Shown here piece by piece: positions 57,868 through 64,000 of a stretch of DNA of 64,000 nt. Positions within the stretch are counted from its first letter, which is position 1. Every line of letters starts with the position of its first letter. The notes beneath the pieces were generated by a model. The model had not been told where the DNA came from. It saw only the letters and a program-made list of their open reading frames with translations, and did not search any database. Source of the DNA: Paraspadella gotoi (taxonomy: Eukaryota; Animalia; Chaetognatha); contig CM119264.1 of NCBI GenBank assembly GCA_051294375.1, positions 2,435,631 through 2,499,630 of the forward strand. The letters are read 5' to 3'. The position numbers and the translations under genes were made by a program.

Positions 57868-60800
57868 TCACTTTTTCTGTGATTTGTTCAACATCAGCTT
57901 TGATTTCTCCATGAACATGACCGAATTCCTCTTAAGTTCGGCGGCGTCGGAATTAACGGTGTCCAACCTGTTTTCCCTGACCTCGAGACCGGCTCTGGCC
58001 TGCGCCGCTTTGGCTGCCGTGCCGCTCGATCTGGCCGCGGCGCCGCTCGATCTGGCCGCGGCGCCGGTGGATTGCGGCGCTCCTCCGTTGGATTGCGCCG
58101 CGTTGCTCTTTTGGTTCATATCGTTCGGCTTGTTCTTCATGTAGTGGCTCGAGAATTCGAGTTCTTCCAATTGACGATTTTGTTCTCTTTGGTCTTTTGC
58201 CCTAAAAAATAAAACTCATTTTCTTTTTAAATACTAAATTCGATCAAAATCGGACAGCTTGGCTTTATATCTTTTAATTGTACTTTTTTTACTATTACAA
58301 CTATTATATTACATGATTACTATTATACTATTCAATTTTACTATCCCATAAAATCGCCTTCAATAATTAGCGGAAGCCGATCAAATTCAAATTTTAATGG
58401 GAACAGTATTAAACTAATCCATTATTGGTATTAATTATTGTGTTAAAATATTTTTTTGCAAAAATATTCCGAACCATGAGTAATTCGCTAATTAAAATTA
58501 TTGTATTGCTATATAATGTCAAAAATTTTTTTTGGATATTTTAAGTTTTTTTAATTTATTCTGATAAAGCTCAAAAAGTTAAGCAAAAAATGTAATTACA
58601 ACTTTTTGAAATTTTGACGTTTTATTACTGAAAATTAATAAAAACTGTTAAAATCATCAGATGATGACAATTTTTTAAAGGTTTTTCTCAATTTTAACCC
58701 ACTTATCAAAATATTGAAAAAAGAATTCTATTTTGTGTAGACTACTTTTCATAAGCTATCTGAATCTGCTTTTAAAAAGAAAATTTTTTTTGACATTTCT
58801 TATCTATAAATAGATATTAAAAAAATAATAACTAGTGCTTCTAGCAATTTTAAAAATTTTTGGTCCATTGAAATTTTTCACAGAAATGTATGAAGTTTCA
58901 TTTGGGAAGGTTCCCAAATCAAATTTCTGACCCACCCCATTGACAAAGATTGGCCCTAATAAGATTAATACAATCTCACACACTTTGTTTATCTAATGTA
59001 CGTATTGCAACTAAATTACTTTGAACGTTATTCTACAAAATAATTATTACATTGATTGCACTAATTACACACAACGACCGACAGAGAGTAATGAGTCGAC
59101 AGCCAAGATATCTCGACTTCTCAAGGCACTTTTCTCAACATCCAACCTCAAGAAACAATCAAACCAGTGGCTGCGCCAATAAATGTAAATCACTTTCAAG
59201 GGCTTAAACTGAACTGTTACTGGGGCACTAATATCATTTTATAAATTAAAACAATATTATTATGAAGTATAATTAGGAGTAGCCTAACTCAGTAAGGTGG
59301 GTAAGAAATTTGAATGAAGCACCTGCTCAAACAAAAATTTAAACATTTTTTAAAAAAATTGAATAGACAAAAAATTTTAATATTATTCTATACCCCACAT
59401 ATTAATTTTTTAATATTTATTTATAAATAGGAACGGTTAAAATTTTTTTAAAGATTTTTTTATTTTTAAGATAGGATTCATGTAGCTTGCAAAAAGTTGT
59501 GTGCACAAAGTATAATTCTTTTTTCGATATTTTGATCATAAGTGGGTGAAAAATGTGAAAAACTATTTATAATCATCATCATCATCATCTTTTGATAATT
59601 TTATTACTTTTTCTTAATTTTCACTAAGAAAAAATAAGAATCTTTGAAAGTTGTAGTTATATTTTTTATTTAACTTTTTATGCTCTATCAGAATCCATCA
59701 AAAAAGATAAGACTGATTAAATTTTTTTTTATTATTATATAGTATTATTGTAATTTTGATAGCAACAATAAAAGCATTAAAACCGAACTTTTCTAGTATA
59801 ATATATATGATTAAAATGCTTTTATAAAAACAGAATAAGAAATAGAATAAAATAAAATAAATAAGAAAAAAATACTTAATATTACAAAAATAATTTTTAA
59901 AAGATTTAAGATAATATAAATTTACAAATATAATTGCTATTTTGTTAAAGAGCAAGTGCAAGTGAAGATCTAGTGGGTGCAGCTAAAATTTATTTTAAAT
60001 GTTTGTCTTACAAAAAGCTTTTTTTAAAGCCTTCTAGTAGAATATGGTGAAAACACCAAAGAATTTTAATAAGATTATTCTTTTGTTTAAGAAAAAATAT
60101 TAAAACCTCTGGTAGATGTACTTAAATTAAATTTTATTGCTATTTTGTTTTTAAAAATACTTCTTCATTTAAACAGCCATCTGGTTTATTAAACCAAAAA
60201 CATATAAACATTTTCTATTTTGTATAAAGCAATGTAAGTAAAGATCTAGTGGGTGCAGACAGAAGAGCAAATTTCTATAGAACTTAAAGGGAAAATGCTC
60301 ATAGTAGAGAAAGTAAGAAACAAATCCTAGTAAGAGAAAAAAAGTTACAATAATAATTGAATAATTAAATATTTGTTATCACCTTTGTCATCGTGTCTTT
60401 ATTACCTTTGTCATTTAATAAAACTATTGTCAACCTAATATTGCCTTTACTTATTAATCACCCTAAACGATATTAACCAGGATTCACTAAACTAGCTTAA
60501 CCTGGTGAGGCTACACAGCACGATTTTCAGACAAGTTGGGTCCAGACTCGACATCGTTTTCTCGATACCTGACATCTTGAGTCTCTGTCTTTTCCCCTTT
60601 CGCTTTACTTTTTCTTTTTGAATTAAAGTCGACAGGTCGGCTACCCTCGCGTTCATTAATATTTCCCGCGTCATCTTTTGCCAAATTTTTGTTCGTTTCC
60701 AGTTTTCTGCGCCATCAAGGGGTCAAGAATAGGAATATGGATTTTTAAAAACATACATTATACTTAGTAACAGCAGAGATTAACAAAATAGCTTCACTAA

Positions 60801-60900
60801 CGACCGCCATTTACCTCGGAGCTTGGCGGCTAACTTCCTCAGCGTTCGCGTTTATTTCATCTCCATATGCGTCGCTCCTCGACAACAAACACCCCATCAT
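57868..60900 (-). CDS. Small N-acylated protein with a C-terminal tomosyn/amisyn-like R-SNARE motif, 3 exons (60900-60815, 60706-60569, 58201-57868)
   Basis: Both introns are phase 2 GT-AG and keep the frame. Starts (M)MGCLLS and ends ...AQARAGLEVRENRLDTVNSDAAELKRNSVMFMEKSKLMLNKSQKK*. Confidence 0.65.
58368..58958 (-). mobile_element. AT-rich ~600 bp interspersed repeat, copy 2 (inverted)
   Basis: Reverse complement of 56022-56633. Confidence 0.85.
59395..59705 (+). mobile_element. Diverged partial copy 3 of the same repeat
   Basis: Shares cacaaagtataattcttttttc, ataagtggg, (atc)n and gctctatcagaatc with copy 1. Confidence 0.7.
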
Positions 60901-61470
60901 TCCAAAAACAAATATCAAAACTTCATCTTTTCCCCCAAAAAAATATAAAGAAAGATATATATATATATAATTAGACTAAACCTTCAAAGATAAATAAGAA
61001 TTCTCCGACTAAAATTTTTAACCGTGGCTTTAAAGCAGCAGCTACAATAGGGATAGCGCGAAACTATCAATATAAAACAACGAAATATTATATTATCCCA
61101 AAACAATTATTTAAAATTAAATACCATTTAGGCTATCTTGACCGACAAAAAATAAAACTCGCGGTAGTAGGGGTGAACTGGAGGGGGATTGCGTATTTAT
61201 ATTTATTGCTCTTAATCTTGGATACAGTTCAGACCAATTGATCATCCGAGCTTGCATCAACTTTTTCGAATATGGAGGCGCCTGACCTGAGCGTTTTGGG
61301 GCATAGATTTTAAAATAATATAATAACAAAAATATCACTTCCAAACGAAAGGATTTACTAAATTCGACTGGGCCTGTGTTACTTAAAATGCTCTTCTCAG
61401 GTACATAGGAGATGAAGGAAGGAAGAGGCGCCAGAGTTTAGGATAACAACAACGACTACGACGCAGTTAT

Positions 61471-64000
61471 TTAGGGAGACGTCGGAATGGGCTCGAAGGC
61501 GACCATTGAAGCGTGGATTTCCGAGAGCGTGTCCACAGCCCGTTGGGATTCGTCGCGTCGAACGGTCGCCATGGAGACGAGCGCCGATTTGAGGGAGGCG
61601 ATTCGCGAGGCGCGCAAATGACGAAGCTCTTTCTTGGCCACAATCGTGCAATCGGCAAAAGCTTTCTCCGCTGGAATCAAAAACAATTAATAAATTTCAT
61701 CATTTTAAACCAATTTAAATGCCATGGTTTTTTACCAGCAATCATTGCCTCTTCCGCCGCCTTTTTCTTGGTAGGTTTCGCGCTCGTTACCCTGTTAACC
61801 GCGTCATTGTAACTGTGAAGCGGATATGAAATGAGACGATCAGTCGGTCACTCTCAATATTCAGAAAAAAGAAATTAAAACAAATCTAACTCGGCCAAAA
61901 GTCCGATGCGCTTCTGCATCATTTCTTTGGAGGCTTCCATGTATTTGCCAAAGACGGAAAGAGTGAGAAAAATGGATTCTTCGTTCTCGAAGCAAAGACG
62001 CTCCGTGATCTCCGACATCTTATCCGCGGTGCAAATGAACTTGTGCAGTAACTGATAACGAGAAACAACACCTTTATTGCGTGCAGCTGCTGCAAACTTT
62101 GCAGTCTTTGAAGCCGCCCAAAATGGCATTAGTACTTTATTATTGTAAGCGACGAGTCTGTCGCCGTTGGGCGCGTTGACGAGGATCCTCAAAGTCGTGG
62201 AGAGATGATCGAAGGCTTTGGAAATCTTCAGCTCGGATTGAAGCATCCGGTCGCAATCAGAACCCAGTTGCAGAAGACGAGGAAGATACATCGAAAGCCA
62301 GTCGCGTTCTTGTTGGAAATAGTTATCGCTGAAGAAGGAGGACGGAAAGAAAATCAATTATCCGTTTTGATGAAAAAATAAATTTCAACGCCCAACCTAT
62401 CCGGGTAGTAATCTCTCGATCCGCCGAAAGACGAATCCACCGCGAAGGAAATTTTGAAGAGAAGACCTGAAGAATAAGATCGCAACGCTTTTAAAATGAG
62501 TACATAATATAATATATATAATATATATAATAAAGAAAGAAATTAAAGAAAAGCGAGAAAAGGGAAATCCCAAACATTGGATCCGACCTTTCTTGAGTCT
62601 GACTCTCGGTACTGAATTGGGTTCAGTGACGAATTTGACGAGGGTCGAGTCGTCGGCGAGGACGGGATGAGAAAGGATAAGATTGAGGTAAGTTTGAAAG
62701 ACGCGACAATCGGCGGGAAGACGGCGATCGCTGCTCATCACCAGACTGGGGAGACTAGAGTCGGGGGAAGGCACCTGAGAAGAGGAGAGGACAAAGGATT
62801 ACATTTTGGGGACGTTTTTAAGTCCTCACACTTGACTTACTTTATCGATGGAGGAACGCCTACTGTTTCCCTGGGAGTCTTGATTCAACCTTTCCGAATT
62901 GGGCTTCCGAGGAAGCGGAGGGAAGATGAGGCCGGGGAAGTCGTTGGTCGTCGTCATGCAGTCGTGGAGCCACTCAAAGTCCTCGAAGGATCGATCCACT
63001 ACGAAGTCTTCGCCTGTAGGCGTGGGGGGGGGAGAGTTAGTTAATTTTAAACATTAAAATTATTTGTATATTCTTTTTTCTTCTCACCAGTGGCCTCGCG
63101 ACGGGAATGAAGCGCGAATCGAATCGAGTGGCCATCGAGAGCGACGTTGGTGCATCGAACCACGAGCGAAGGATAAGTTCTGTAAATTTAATCTTTAAAT
63201 AATAAATATCATTCTAAAAAAAATATTTTTCTAAAATTAACGATTAAACAAATCTTATCACTTTGGAAGACTTTGCGCACGCGCGGAGGCCTTTCGGTCC
63301 ACGTCGGATCCTTGTCGAGAAGGATCGGGGATTATCGCCGTTGACGACGAACGGGAATCTGAAAGACAAAAATAGAAAAATGAAAGAAACGCGAGATTTT
63401 CTACATCAAATAAAATAAGGACTTATTAAGGAGCGTTGACTGGCGGAAGCGTTACCCTCTGATTTCTCTTCATGCGAAGCTCGTTCCTTTTCTTCTTCTT
63501 TTCTTTCTTCCGTCGCTTCCGGTTCTTCGCGTCTCGCCTCCTCCTCATCTTCTCCGGCGGCAGAGTCGATGTTCTCCGCGATGACGACCAACCGCGGCGC
63601 TGGCGTCCCGGCCGAGTCTCCGTCGCCCACTCGATCGTCAAGAGAGTCAACTTCCGAGGACAATTCCGCCAAGGCTTCGTGGGGAGCGTCGTCCTCGACG
63701 GCATCGTCGGCGTCTTTTTCACCGCCAGCGAATCTCGCTCCGTCTTTTCGCCCGGGAGCGCGGGCCAAGACCTCCGTCGGACCGGAAGGTCCCTCTTCGT
63801 CCACCGGTTGCGGAGGATCGGCCTCGGCACCCTCGGCGTCGCCTCGGACGCCGGCGACGACCTCAGCCAAGTCGTCGGGGATTTTGGCGGGAGTCTCTAC
63901 CGAATGGTCGTCCTGGTTCGGGTGAGGAGTCGAGTTAGAGTCCTTGTCGACCGATACTGTATCGGTGGAAGCGGAAGCAGCGGCCGGAGGAAAGTCTTCA
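61471..64000 (-). CDS. PX-BAR sorting nexin (SNX5/6/32-like); the 5' end lies beyond the window
   Basis: PX: VDRSFEDFEWLHD...PGLIFPPLPRKP...YLNLILSHPVL. BAR: DNYFQQERDWL...AKKELRHLRASRIASLKSAL. Long acidic N-terminal region. Confidence 0.8.

Noticed and set aside
59945-60260. Two copies of aagatctagtgggtgcag about 275 bp apart
   Set aside because: A short degenerate duplication in an AT-rich intron; no further structure seen.

Overview
Gene-dense, intron-rich genomic window from a compact invertebrate (metazoan) genome, with GC-rich exons, AT-rich introns and a 10-N gap at 33505-33514. Genes assembled by hand across splice sites: the N-terminus of a LAR-type receptor phosphatase, Ran, a kainate/AMPA-type iGluR, a BTB protein, GRASP55/65, FAM110-like, an Ig-domain membrane protein, CABLES, a CHST15-like sulfotransferase, an SLC6 transporter, a noggin-like gene, a C2H2 zinc-finger gene, a group III secreted PLA2, a small acylated tomosyn-like R-SNARE and a PX-BAR sorting nexin. 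Three observations stand out. (1) A family of small interspersed elements carries permuted (P5-type) twister ribozymes with covarying stems and a palindromic P1; one copy is tandem with a 226-nt period and two have tRNA-like heads. Two separate fold-back inserts carry minimal hammerhead ribozymes. (2) Three host genes carry antisense nested genes: Ran hosts the iGluR, FAM110-like hosts the Ig gene and CABLES, and the zinc-finger gene hosts the PLA2. (3) Several proteins deviate at normally invariant motifs. All calls come from reading the sequence; no searches or folding programs were run.
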